Positions 26,122-38,618 are shown, counted from the stretch's first letter. The stretch: 64,000 nt of DNA from Nemertoderma westbladi (GCA_032718475.1 JAUCBJ010008857.1:1-64000), one strand, 5' to 3'. Notes: a model not told the origin generated them from the sequence alone. Translations and numbers: made by a program.

Positions 26122-28589
26122 GTACCGTATGGGTATGTATATGTAATACTACGTGTTTATATCGTGGTTGTCTAACATCATATAATTATGTATTTTGATT
26201 AGACAGAGGTGAATATGATTACCACATAATACTACAGTATTTTGCTTAGAGGTGAACATGATTAATACTGTACTACAGTATATTGAATAGTGATCAATAC
26301 TACGGCGATTAATACCAAATACCAGGATATTTCAACCGTATGTTATTATTTCGTCCAATTAATTTGCATATTACTGTATTATGACACTGTATATATTTTC
26401 ATGTTTTATTTTATCCATATGTAATTTTAAACGATTTTAAATTTAAGCTGCATAAATCATTTTAAGAGGGGACCTGCATGGAAACGAGTTCTATGAACTC
26501 ATGCAGTTATCCCCGTCAGAACATTTTATTAGATAATCTTTAACATATAAATGTATATTATGTATATGTTCTTATGTATATGTATTTCTGTGTATTTCAT
26601 GCGTTTCTGACAATAAACAACTTCAACTTCACTTCAAAGATTGTTGATTCCTCTATGCCCTTATTAAGAAATCTAATTATTTGTTAAGTTTATTTATTAA
26701 CGTTTTATTTATTTATTAATATAGTACCGTAATAATAACAATACCGGTACTTGATTAGCATACATTGCACTGTAATATTGCATATAATTACCTAATTAAC
26801 TAAAACTGCTAATTTACTACCTATGTATTAATAAATGGCACAAACTGCAAATTGATTTATTATTGTACAAAATGCAACAATTCCTAAAAATATGCACTGT
26901 AATATAATAATTTGAGGTTGAGTTAAAAAAGCGTACTAAAAAATGATCGATTAATTAAAAATTACTTAGCTGCTTAGTAGGCCTTAAAATAATACTTAAT
27001 AACTTAATATAAAATGCCACAACAAATTACTGTACAGTAAAGTAATTCACAACATAATTATATTGTAAGTTATATTATTTAAAAATATATCATCAAAAAT
27101 ATTAATCGTCAGTGCGGGCAGAGAGATTGCCGCTTCCGCATCTGGTGCGTGTGCATCTCCACATGAGTTCGACGTAGAGACGAGACTTCCTCGAAGATAA
27201 CTTCATCTGTTCATTGCCATCGAGCAACGACAACACGTTGGGGCCTTGGGGGTGTTTCCGGACCGAGACCGTGTCTGATCCACCACTGAAATACGGCTGC
27301 AGATGACGTCCGCCAAATCTCTGCTAATCGTAAAACGTCAAGGCACTTAACACTTAAACTGGCAATTGTAGGACTACCGACGGCCCGTCGGTACAATTGA
27401 ACATCCCATTAAAAATATTATTTGACTTATTAGTTGCATGATTGCTTACTAACAGTGCAGTAGGTACCGGTCCGGTAGTGCGGTTGTCTGGTTCTGGCAG
27501 GGCAGTCGCAGTAGTACTGCTGTACTGACAGTGCGGCAGTGGTCAAATTAAGAAGTATTTTTCTAGAAAATCCAGTTTTTACACATGCTGCGCGAAGGGC
27601 ACATCGTACTAACTCTGCAGCCGTAAACTTTAGGCCTAGGCCTACATCACATTAAATACACGACCTGGAGTGTCTGTCTGTAGATTTTCCGGCAAATTGA
27701 AGGAAAATTGAGAAAATGGTGCACATTTGAAAACAGGCAAAAATTGACTTTTCGAAAAAAAAAAATGCCATAAACTCATGATTTTCTATCGTGCTGCTCG
27801 AAGCGGAAAATCACCTAATTTGAAATTTTTTTTTCTATGAAGTTACACATACTGCTGTACTGACATAAGTCAGAGAGTGTCTGTGTGAAATTTGAGACAA
27901 ATTGGTCCAAAAATGGCCACTGGGGAAAGGTGTTTGTCACTGTGCCTCAAATGTGATAGAACCGCCACAGGCTGACAGTGGACAGGCAGACATGAAATAC
28001 TGAACTGAAATAGCCTATTTCAGTATTTAAGACTGTAAGATCAATCAAAGCATATGCAGAAAGAAGGAAAGGAATCTGTTTAATGTTTAATAGTTTTTAG
28101 CAGTTTCGGGCATATGAAAGAAAGCTGACCGGTACAGCGGGTTACCGCCTACCGGTCAGCCGGTACTGTAAAAAATATACCATAAATAAAATAGTAAGTG
28201 TTTTGTATATGGCTGCATGGAAGTAGCAGAGTAGGGCCTATGCAGGTATGGAATGGGTAAATAAAATGACAAATTCACTTAAAAGAACAAATAACAAATA
28301 CTTAAAGAACGCCCTTTTTGGAGGGTAAAAAAATTGCATCCACTGGCTGACTGGTACGCAAACCAATTATTACCAGTCAGCCAGTACCAAAAGCAAAAGG
28401 TACCAAAGTAATAATAATAAACATACACCCCCAGGCGGGGTAAAGACCATCATAAGAAATTAGTAATAATAAGAAGTAAGGAGCGCGAAATATGAAATAT
28501 TATCAAATGTCCCCAAAGTAATATGACCCAATTATTGTACCGTACAGTTGTAGGCTACCGGTACTATCTGAGGTCTGACTGTATTAAAT

Positions 28590-29655
28590 ATTGGTTCACG
28601 GTCCTTGACATAGGTGACCATTATTACCGTAATGTGTGTGTGTGTGTGTGTTAGTGTGTGTGTGTGTGTGTGTGTCCAGAGCGATATCTCAGTTATTTAT
28701 TAATCAATCGAAACAAAATTTGGACAAAAGTTAGATATAGGGATGGCGAAGGCTCATACAAAAAATTGGGTGTCGAGATGGTATTTGTGCGATGTGAGCG
28801 CTATATTTGCGTGTTTTCGCATGGTTTAGGAAAAAGCTATCTTGTCATAGGGAACGCAATGAATGATTCTGATATTTGGCATGGAGGTACCTGAATTATT
28901 TGTAAATCGATTAACGGAGGCCGATTTTTAAATTTGGACCTACATTATGACCTAATTGAAGATTTAATTAAGGTAATTAATTAGCACTGCTAGTACTGTC
29001 TGATTGTCTGCCTGTAGTAGGCATACCGGACCGGTACTACCTGACCACTGTAGGCCTATCTGCCTATCTTCATACTGTCATAGGTCAGTACAGCAGTAGG
29101 TCCTAGCCTAGCCCTAGCAGTAAATATAATATTTCGCCATGTTCGCAGGCGACTTCGCACTGACTACCAGTAGGCCTATGCAGCTATGCTATGAGATTAA
29201 CCGTCCAGTCGTTCAGATGCATATGGTACCGGTACTGGAACGGGTTACGGTTTAATCCTGCATTTGTCAATTACGACAATACCGGTACGACTTTGAGTAC
29301 CGCTGTACCGGTACGCGGTAGCCTACCGTTACCGGTTGACCGGTAGGCGTAGGCGGTAGACCTACGGTGCGATGGTAGCCAGCCGGTAGGTGGTAGGCTT
29401 ACCGTACCAGTATAAATGTTGGCGGATGGCGGGATGACGTCGTGTGGCGCGTAATTACTTACCGGTTGCCGGTAGACGCCTACCCAACTCGTAACTGGTG
29501 GTCGTGGTCGTGGTGGGATGAGCACAGGAGCATGAGGTCGCCTACGATGGGAACAAGTGAAAAGGAAACATAGGCCTACCCGAACGAAAACGTATTATTA
29601 TTGTACTGATTAAGTAGGAGGACCGTGAACCTTCCAGGCTTGCCAGCTTGTTATT
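28590..29655 (+). mobile_element. Non-autonomous Helentron-associated element (HINE/DINE-1-like)
   Basis: Perfect 13-bp subterminal inverted repeat GGTTCACGGTCCT (28593-28605) / AGGACCGTGAACC (29619-29631), short 5' hairpin, (GT)n microsatellite at 28634-28675 just inside the 5' end, short GC-rich tail then T-rich flank: the standard HINE layout. Confidence 0.65.
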
Positions 29656-29756
29656 ATTATTATTAAACACAGTGAAATATTATAAAATGAATTAAAATTG
29701 TCACCGGAGAAAAACAACTACTGTATGGTGATTTAAAAATCAATAGTACACAGATA

Positions 29757-30229
29757 GGGCTGATAAAAACATAGGCCTACAGAATGCAGGAAAAATAAAA
29801 ATAACTTAGTAAATGGTAATTTGAATAATCAAGTAAAGAGCAGTCGACAGTAGTGCTGATGAAAGAAACATACAGAAGAACAGTGAAATAAAATAACTAG
29901 GATTATAACAGATAAAATCATATTGGGGAAGATAGCTACTGTAAATAAATAGTTAAAAATAGCGAAAGTCATCTTTAGGTCAAAAATAAAACGGCGCACT
30001 TCCAGTGGTTGAAGATGTAAAAGTTTAATTCGATCTAGATAGCTTACTGTACAATCTAAATCACAACGTTTAAAAAGACAACGTGAAAAATATCACTGGA
30101 CCCTCTCAAGTAAGTCTATACTACCTAAATGAAATGGAGACATACACTGCCAGATTGGAGTACAATATTCTAAAATGGACGTACATAAGATTTAAAAGCA
30201 GTAATTAGATACAATTATCAACTACAAGA
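29757..30229 (-). mobile_element. Left arm (distal part) of inverted duplication; decayed CR1-like RT 3' region plus flank
   Basis: Reverse complement matches 35890-36342 almost base for base (TAATTACTGCTTTTAAATCTTATGTACGTCC...GTAGGCCTATGTTTTTATCAGCCCTAT). Confidence 0.85.
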
Positions 30230-32962
30230 GGGTGTTTGAAAAAGGTGGACTGGACACAGAAAACAATGACAACGGACAGACCAATCAGAAAGGTATTAAG
30301 CAAAGCAGTTTGTAGTAATTGGTCTGTCCACCTTTTTCAAGTTTTCGCTTTCTTAGTTACATAATTGGGAATAAGATGTGTGTTTGAAAAAGTAAAATAG
30401 CGGACGCATCCATCTACAAAACTTTTGCGAGGGAACTTAGCATCCCCTACGCCACTATGTACACACAGAGCTTCCAGTCACAAAAGTATCCCCTGGAATG
30501 GAAAAAGGCATATGTGTCATCGTTGGCTAAGAGTAAAGATTCAACTATAGAAGACATGAAAACATTTCGACCGGTATGTGTTTCTCCAATTAGTGCTCGC
30601 GGTATAGACAAGCTTGCACTTGAGATGTTTCGAATGGCTACTGAATTATCAGACGATAATTGCCAATTCGCTTATAAAAAGAATCGATCAACGGCAGATG
30701 CAGTAATTACTTTAATCCATCAAATTTCATCTGCATTGGACACACCATCAACAATAGCAAAATGCATTTTCATAGACTACTCTTCAGCGTTCAATACGGT
30801 TCTTCAGCGCAAGTTTCTAAATAAACTGTTGAACGAGTTATCCCCAGAATATAAATGGCTAGCAACCTGGATTCATTCTTATATGAATAACTTTCGACAA
30901 ATCGTTAAATCAGGAACGGTAATGTCGGCTGAGCAAGCAGTGACAGTCGGTTTCCCTCAAGGCGGGCCCATGAGCGGACCTTTATTTACGAAAAATACAG
31001 ATGATATTAAATCCACAGACAATTCTATAGCGAAATATTCCGATGACACGCGGACCCAAAAAGCGATTACAAATTGGTCAGATAACTTAGTATATGAAAA
31101 TACGATTGCAAATATAATCGAAAGATCTATTGAGAAAAATTTAAAGATTAATCCTAAGAAGTCAGAGGAGCTTTGCTTCATACCTCGAAACTTACAAAAT
31201 GAGCTACTGCTTGATATTTCTGCATCACGTATTGTAATTGATGGTAAATGTGTTCCACGTCCCACAGCGGTAAAATATTTAGGTGTATTTATTTCCCAAG
31301 ATTTATCGTGGAACCAGCATGTCAATCACGTTGTTCATAAAGCTAATTACTCAGTGCGACAATTTAGCTTTATAGTTCGATTTTTAACTGAGAGAACGGC
31401 TATATTCATTTTTAACACATATATTTTACCGATTTATACATACTGTGCTGTTGCCTGGGTACCGAATATTACTGAAAAGCTGCGGAAAAAACTACGTAGG
31501 CCGATTTCGCTATATGCCAAACATTCAAAAGTTAATAAACAGATGCTTTTTGATATTGTAAATGGTTGTTATAAAGGTATTTTTAAGAAAATGGTCGACA
31601 AAATTATAGATTCAAAAGATCATCCGTTGCATAAATCGTTGTTAGCACATACCTCTAGAAATGCCTCAACTAGGAACAATTTTGCCATATCTTACTGTCG
31701 TACTCACAATTATAGAAACTCTTTTATACCAACTGCACTGCATTTTTTGAACAAGCCGGAAACTTTACAATATTTGTAGTAACAATATTGTTATTACATC
31801 TTTTCGGCCATAGTACCGTGTTTTACTTTGATTATCTTTTTTTTTTTAGAAAATACCGTTTTAATTTTTATTTGACTAGTATAATTCTAATTTTTGTAAT
31901 ATCTGCATCATTATATGAACTCATTTCCTGCCATATATATAGTTTTTATATATCTGCCTTATATGAATTGTCCCAACTTGTTGAATATCATAGTACTTAA
32001 TGATAGGTTCGATTTTAGCTCTTAAAGTGTGCATATTTTAATTAATATTTTGAAATTTTTAATAGATCACGGTAATATAACTTAATCTACATAGCGTATT
32101 TTATAATCATATACATTTCTTTTTACTTTAATTGCTTGATGTGCATTAATAATATTCCTCTTTATATATCCATATACGGGAATAAAAGCCAATATTAATA
32201 ATAATAATAAATAAAGGTGGACTGGACACATGCACAAAAACATAGATAATAGTCTGACCAATCAGAAACGTATTAAAGCAATGCTATTTATTAGGTGTAA
32301 TAAGGTGTGAATCGCATGCGAATCGCATGCGAATCGCATGCGTGGAATCGCTTCCCTATTTTACATGCGACTCACAAGAGTTTTTATCGCTATTTATTGT
32401 GACGTAATAAAAACGCACGACGCTTTAAAATCACTTACGATACGCGACCTCCACTCCCAAAATATGGGGACTTATTTACCTCCCTCGCTGCGCTCGGTCG
32501 TTTAACAACAGATCTCGGGATGAACGGTAAATAAAGCATATTATATTTCCCTCACAGTACAATAGGTAGTTATTGTAATTAACTTTATACTGTAATGAGT
32601 TAGAATATTGACGTTCCAATATTGATGCTAAGGTTGTAAGGCTCAGCTCATAGACTTCGTGGCTCGCCCCATATTATTGAACTTGGCCTATTTCGACAAC
32701 TTCGGTTGGTCACAGTAAGTATGGGATAATAATAACAATAATAATCCCAGAATACATAAAAACCTTCTGAATTTTTTTTAAAAACGTGGACAGAGCTGCT
32801 ATAATGTGCAAATCAATCTGATTGGTCAATTTATTACCTGTTCTTTCTCAACCCAGTCCACCTTATTCAAAATTGAAAAAGGTGGACAACAAAGCTGAAA
32901 CCCGTGATTGGTCTGTCCATTGTCCATGTTTTCTGTGTCCAGTCCACCTTTTTCAAACACCC
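30230..32962. mobile_element. MULE/Foldback-like non-autonomous TIR element with 9-bp target-site duplication
   Basis: TIR GGGTGTTTGAAAAAGGTGGACTGGACACAGAAAACA perfect for 36 bp and 55/58 overall; TSD ACTACAAGA at 30221-30229 and 32963-32971; further internal copies of AAAGGTGGAC at ~30326 (inverted), ~32214, ~32856 (inverted) and ~32878. No transposase seen. Confidence 0.85.
30457..31779 (+). CDS. Reverse transcriptase of a 5'-truncated non-LTR retrotransposon (Rex1/Babar-like), 440 aa, no endonuclease
   Basis: FRPVCVSP, QFAYKKNRSTADAV, FIDYSSAFNTV, GFPQGGPMSGPLF, catalytic KYSDD, KYLGVFISQDLSW, C-terminal CRTHNYRNSFIPTA; frame open from ~30418; AT-rich 3' UTR, AATAAA at 32181 and (AAT)n tail to ~32213. 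Confidence 0.9.
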   Translation: MYTQSFQSQKYPLEWKKAYVSSLAKSKDSTIEDMKTFRPVCVSPISARGIDKLALEMFRMATELSDDNCQFAYKKNRSTADAVITLIHQISSALDTPSTIAKCIFIDYSSAFNTVLQRKFLNKLLNELSPEYKWLATWIHSYMNNFRQIVKSGTVMSAEQAVTVGFPQGGPMSGPLFTKNTDDIKSTDNSIAKYSDDTRTQKAITNWSDNLVYENTIANIIERSIEKNLKINPKKSEELCFIPRNLQNELLLDISASRIVIDGKCVPRPTAVKYLGVFISQDLSWNQHVNHVVHKANYSVRQFSFIVRFLTERTAIFIFNTYILPIYTYCAVAWVPNITEKLRKKLRRPISLYAKHSKVNKQMLFDIVNGCYKGIFKKMVDKIIDSKDHPLHKSLLAHTSRNASTRNNFAISYCRTHNYRNSFIPTALHFLNKPETLQYL

Positions 32963-33305
32963 ACTACAAGATACACTATCATTAATTACGTCCAGTAGGT
33001 CATTAATAAAGAGGACAAACAAAATTGGACCAAGGACGCTACCTTGAGTGCAATGAGGGGTACCAGATAAAACAACACAAACATTGGAAAAACTATTCCC
33101 AACCACAACACGTTGGCTACAATCCGATAAAAATTGAGTTAGCCATAATAGCAAATCTCCAGATATACCATAGTTATTAAGTTATGAAGTTATTGAATAA
33201 GATATAATTTATTATTATGAATGTAATTATATATGAATAATGAATTATGATAATTTTCGTAACGCCATCAGTACCAGAGGGCAATTCATTCATTCTTTAT
33301 AGGGT
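32963..33305 (-). mobile_element. Left arm (proximal part) of inverted duplication; CR1-like RT fragment
   Basis: Reverse complement matches 35259-35594; encodes LLWLTQFLSDCSQRVVVG..QGSVLGPILFVLFINDL. Confidence 0.85.
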
Positions 33306-33309
33306 TGTA

Positions 33310-35064
33310 GCGGTTGTAATTAACCTTTCCCAGTATGGCGCCTACGCCACAATCTTTTTTTAACAGGCTGTAATCGTTGCACATAGCACGGATAAACTGT
33401 TTTGCATTTCTTAAAAGTTTTATAAGGAACAAAATTCGAGATACCTTCCTTTAAGACATCAATAAAGCACGAATAAAAATCGTTAACAGTGGTACACCTA
33501 ATGAATTTACTTTTGAAATCTGATTATTTAATAAAATTCGCAAATGCCGAATAATCGCCTTTGTGAAAATCATAGTAGCCGCCTGAAATATTTTCTAATG
33601 TAACATAGGATGAGGCTAATATCTCAAAATCCACCGTGTCATGATCGCTCATTGAAAAGGACTCTTTAAGTTCTACATTGGAAACAAACTTTGTATTGGT
33701 TGAAAAAATTAAATCGAGCACGCTATCACCTCTAGTAGGGTTCAACTGTAGTTGAGTTAAACCGGCTTGCAAAATAAAGGTAGCAAAATTAACATATACA
33801 CTTTTTTATTATTATTATTATTATTTAATCAAATAAAATTGACATATTGAAAGATACACATTAAAAATACACATTAAAATACCCTTTACTGTTATAGCGA
33901 TACTATTATCTGGATATGTAAAACTGGTCCAATCAAAAAGAGGGAAATTAAAATCACCTGTTATAATACAAGGGTAATCTGTATCACAATAAAAGGATAG
34001 TGCTTCCAACAAGGCAGAGGTATAATCAGCCATGTCAGGTCGAAGTGGGGGGCGATAGGCACAGACAAAGAGAGATTTGTTCACTCCAATTAGATCTATA
34101 GCAACTGCTTCCACAGAGCTAAGATTACTACAGTATAGGGAGTTTGACTGGAGTGCACGACAGATTCGCACGATGTAATACAGTATCAACACCCCGCCAC
34201 CAGATCTATTCAATCTGTCGGCACGTTTTATATCGTGTCCAACTCGATATCATGGAATCTGTTATTTCATCGTTTGCCCATGATTCAGTTATTGCAATTA
34301 AATCGTAAGTGCCGGAGCTGAACAGAAGTTCTAGGTCTGGCAGCTTGTTTTTAATCGAAAGGGCATTCAGGCATTTACAGTTAAGGAACACACTGGGTGT
34401 GTAAGAGAGTTTCTTCCCTCACCCTCAGTTAGTATTCCGGATTCCTCTTTCCGGATTTTTTTCTCAGAAAGGAAGTATCGCTACACTGTTTGTCGGCTGG
34501 ACGTTCTGAGCTGGCCCCAGCTGGAGGTGCAGACCGAGCAGTGGACTTGGACGGACGCTTCGTGTCTGAGACCAGGTTGTTTATCCTAACTTCATCATCG
34601 CACTTCTAAGAACTATCACGTTTCCATTTTCCCTCCGAGTTTATAGCGAAACGCCAAACTGATCCGTCAGGACGCAAGCTGTTGCTTTCCAGTGATTTAT
34701 CCACCGAATCGTTTAAACCACGAACGGTTTTTGTTACCCTAGCCCGTTCACGTCTTTGTTCCAGCGACAGGCTAGGGTGGACACGAACAGACTTGCAGAT
34801 ATCGGAACTATCATCACGTGACGCAGCTTCCACGAGGCCAGTGCGAAAAGATCGGGTATCGTTGTCCGACTTACAAACGACTTTGACGAGCCTGTTTTTA
34901 CCATCGGCTAGTCGACCCAGCCTAGCAACATCTTCAACAGAGGATAGTTCGACACCAGCCGATGGGCACAAAAAGTTTACTTTCTCTTTATCTTTATCTA
35001 AGTTGACGGTATCCTTGTTTGTAAACCCTGCAGCGAAATGATATCCATTACTAACGGATCTCAT
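33310..35064 (-). pseudogene. CR1/L2-group LINE 5' half: ORF1 C-terminus and frameshifted APE endonuclease
   Basis: ORF1-like VEDVARLGRLADGKNRLVKV..LSLEQRRER (34606-35064); endonuclease motifs LNALSIKNK, DLIAITESW, SGGGVL, YRPP, IITGDFNFP, PTRGDSVLDLIF, SDHD spread over 34391-33524. Confidence 0.85.
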
Positions 35065-35258
35065 GGAACGAATGCACCGATTGCTGATCGATCATGCATT
35101 CGGAGCCATTAACAACATCCCTCCGGATGAAGATGAGACTCGTATTCTGGAATTCTCGAATTCTGGAGAGAGCATGGTCCTGAGGATATCCAGATGATGG
35201 ATCAACTTCTTGTAAAAGCTGCTACCTCAAAACTCCCTATTCTGTAATTTGTGTGGGA

Positions 35259-36342
35259 ACCCTATAAAGAACCCAAGTGAATTGCCCTCTGGTACTGATG
35301 GCGTTACGAAAATTATCATAATTCATTATTCATATATAATTATATTCATAATAATAAATTATATCTTATTCAATAACTTAATAACTTAATAACTATGGTA
35401 TATCTGGAGATTTGCTATTATGGCTAACTGCATTTTTATCGGATTGTAGCCAACGTGTTGTGGTTGGGAATAGTTTTTCCAATGTTTGTGTTGTTTTATC
35501 TGGTACCCCTCATTGCCCTCAAGGTAGTCCTCAGGTAGTTGTTTGTCCTCTTTATTAATGACCTACTGGACGTAATTAATGATAGTATATCTTGCAAATT
35601 GTTTGCCGACGATGTTAAGGTGTACGAGCGTTCCTTAGATCGACTTTCACTCACGGAATCGTTATCAGCTTGGAAACGTGGGCTGATGTATGGCAACTTA
35701 AAATTGCAGGTAAAATTACAGTACATGTTAGGTGGTAAATATTTAAAAGTTGATACTTCCTGTAGAGACCTTGGCATTACAGTGTGCAGTACTCTAAATT
35801 TTAATGTTTATTGTCGCGAACAAGCTGCCAAAGCATTAAAAATGACAAATTTGATTTTTAAATGTTTCCAAACAAACAATCGTACTGCCTTAATTACTGC
35901 TTTTAAATCTTATGTACGTCCATTTTAGAATATTGTACTCCAATCTGGCAGTGTATGGTCTCCATTTCATTTAGGTAGTATAGACTTAATTGAGAGGGTC
36001 CAGTTATATTTTTCACGTCGTCTTTTTAAACGTCTCTTTAGATTGTACAGTAAGCTATCTAGATCGAATTAAACTTTTACATCTTCAACCACTGGAAGTG
36101 CGCCGTTTTATTTTTGACCTAAAGATGACTTTCGCTATTTTTGACTATCTATTTACAGTAGCTATCTTCCCCAATATGATTTTATCTGTTATAATCCTAG
36201 TTATTTTATTTCACTGTTCTTCTGTATGTTTCTTTCATCAGCACTACTGTCGACTGCTCTTTACTTGATTATTCAAATTACCATTTAATACGTTATTTTT
36301 ATTTTTCCTGCATTCTGTAGGCCTATGTTTTTATCAGCCCTA
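35259..36342 (+). mobile_element. Right arm of inverted duplication; decayed CR1-like RT
   Basis: FVLFINDL, KLFADDVKVY, RDLGITV, FKSYVRP, LQPLEVRRFIFDL; complementary to 33305-32963 and 30205-29757. Confidence 0.85.
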
Positions 36343-37879
36343 TTTTCTTCACACACACTTCCACTGCTCTGGCTAACTGCCAATATTGTTCCATTATTCA
36401 AAAAAGGTGATCCTTGTGACGCTTATAACTACCGGCCTATAGCACTTACTTGCATTGCGTGTAAAGTGATGGAGATGTGTGTGAAGCATGAACTTGTAGC
36501 ATATTTACGCCGTAATATGTAATTTAATTACTAAATGCCAGCACGGTTTTTTAGAACGGAATTCCACTTGTACCATACTCTTAGAATTTTTCTCAGATTG
36601 GTATAAAATCATTGATCGTCGCTGTAATGTTGATATAATCTATGTGGATTTTGCCCGCGCTTTAGACTCGGTCGTGCATTCTAAACTAATTGTTATTCTA
36701 GAATCCTATGGTATTCGGGGGAATTTATTACTGTGGCTTACTGCTTTTCTATCAGATAAAACACAGAGGGTACTCATCGGCAGCGTTTTTTCTGAACCGC
36801 ATCAGGTAAAATCTGGAATGCCACAAGGCAGTGTTCTTGGGCCTGTGTTGTTCTTGATCTTTATCAACGACTTTCCTGGTATATTACATCCCGTCAATAC
36901 CAAACTGTTTGCTGATGATGTGAAGCTGTACTCAGACAGTTCAGATTCTCAATCTTTAACGTTAGCTCTTTCAAAACTGGAAGCTTAGGCCAAACAATGG
37001 CAATTGAATATTGCAGCACATAAATGTGCAGTTATTTATGTAGGCATGAAAAATAATTTATATGAGTACAGGTTAAACAACAGTGCGCTAAAATCTGAAA
37101 TTGATTACAAGGATTTAGGTATCACAGTTTCGAATAACTTTAAGTTTGATAAATACTGCGCCGGTCAAATATCTAGAGCCTACAAAATAATAAATCTTAT
37201 ATTTCGGGTAATACGTACTAAGAATGCACGGGCCCTCTTAATCGCGTTCAAATCTAATGTTAGGCCTCTTCTTGAGTACAACACTCCTGTGTGGTCCACC
37301 CCAAATAATACGCGGTGTGGAGCAAGTTGAATCCGTTCAGCATTATTTACACGTAGACTTTTCTAAAGGTGCAATATTGAGTATGTGCGTTACACATATC
37401 GTTTAGCTTATCTGTCACTACAGCCACTTGAGGTTCGTATAATTATTTTTGACTTAAAAATGGTTTATCGTATCTATAATAATTTAGTAGATCTCGATTT
37501 CAATCAGTTTTTCACTCGTGCTTCACGTGCTGGTCTTCATGCATGTAAATTATTGTTACCTCAATGTAGATTGAAAATCGTACAAGATTCGGGCTTTGGA
37601 ACAGTCTACCCGATAATGTAGTTGGTGCATACAACATTAACGTGTTCTGCAGGGAGTTGTCAGGGGTGGATCTTTTACCACATACCAAATTTTCTGATCG
37701 ACCTGGGAATCCTCTATGGTTGTAGGTGACAGATAGACTGTATTTTTTTAGTGTAATATATTATTAGGCTACCTATGAGCGCCGATGAGCCTTGGTAGTT
37801 TCTTCCTTCGATTTAATTTATTGTGTATAACAATGTATATATATTATATACTGTATTTTTGTCTTTTTCGAGCAATTAA
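36343..37879 (+). pseudogene. Second, distinct CR1-like RT with stops/frameshifts and 3' UTR; (AAAT)n tail displaced to 38619-38680
   Basis: PLFKKGD..NYRPIALT, DFARALDSVVH, GMPQGSVLGPVLF, LFADDVKLY, KDLGITV, VRPLLEY, LQPLEVR across ORFs 36325-37621. Confidence 0.88.
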
Positions 37880-38618
37880 GGGGGGGGGGGGGGGGGGTAC
37901 ACCATTTTCGGACAACTCTTCGATTTATCACTCTCAGCGTTTCAAAATTGTTTGGTTTGGGCTATAATTTGGAATATTGGTGCCTAAGATGCTATTCTAC
38001 ATGACAGGTAAGAAAATTTTTATTTTTCGCTATTTAATATTAGTTAATACTAGTTAATAACAAAAAAAACTTGGTTGCGCTTAAAACCCTAAGGCTTTTA
38101 CAGTTTTGAATCTAATCACATGATAGTTTTTTTATATGATAGATCAAAGATGGGGCAACATAACTATCAGACGAAATTTTGTGAAAATAATTCTGCACCG
38201 CTAGGTGGCGCTGCAAATTTATGCATAATTTTTAGGTTTGTTATAAATAGTATTAAATTTTATTAACAAATAATTTCGAAGAGTTGTCTGATACTTTTAT
38301 GCAGGGTGGCTATGTAGACACCCACAGAAAGTTTCAGACTAATTGCTCAAAAATTGTAGAAGTAGTAGGGTTTTGAAGTTGACAATTTCATAAAAAAAAT
38401 ATTTGGAGATAATCGACCTTTCATTATATATAGTAATAGTAATTTCAATAGGAATCCCTAAATGGAAATGGAAATTGTTATAACTGGAAAACTAAAAGAG
38501 CTATTAAATAGCGGTTTTCAGATTTGGAAACACCATTCAATGGTGCATTAGGATAGACCATAACAAAAAATCTCGACATATTTTTGACCAAAATGGTGTA
38601 CCCCCCCCCCCCCCCCCC
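37880..38618. mobile_element. MITE with TTAA target-site duplication and G18/C18-initiated TIRs (Kolobok-like termini)
   Basis: TTAA|G18-TACACCATTTT ... AAAATGGTGTA-C18|TTAA: 29-bp perfect TIR, TTAA at 37876-37879 and 38619-38622; purine start favours Kolobok over piggyBac. Confidence 0.85.

Noticed and set aside
27108-27396. GC-richer coding-like block on the minus strand
   Set aside because: Internal stop and no recognisable motif; cannot be supported as a gene.
32484-32502. CTCGCTGCGCTCGGTCGTT, recalling the pUC/ColE1 backbone
   Set aside because: Only ~19 nt, embedded in a TIR element; similar CTCGCT.CGCTCG words are common in animal non-autonomous elements, so not vector contamination.
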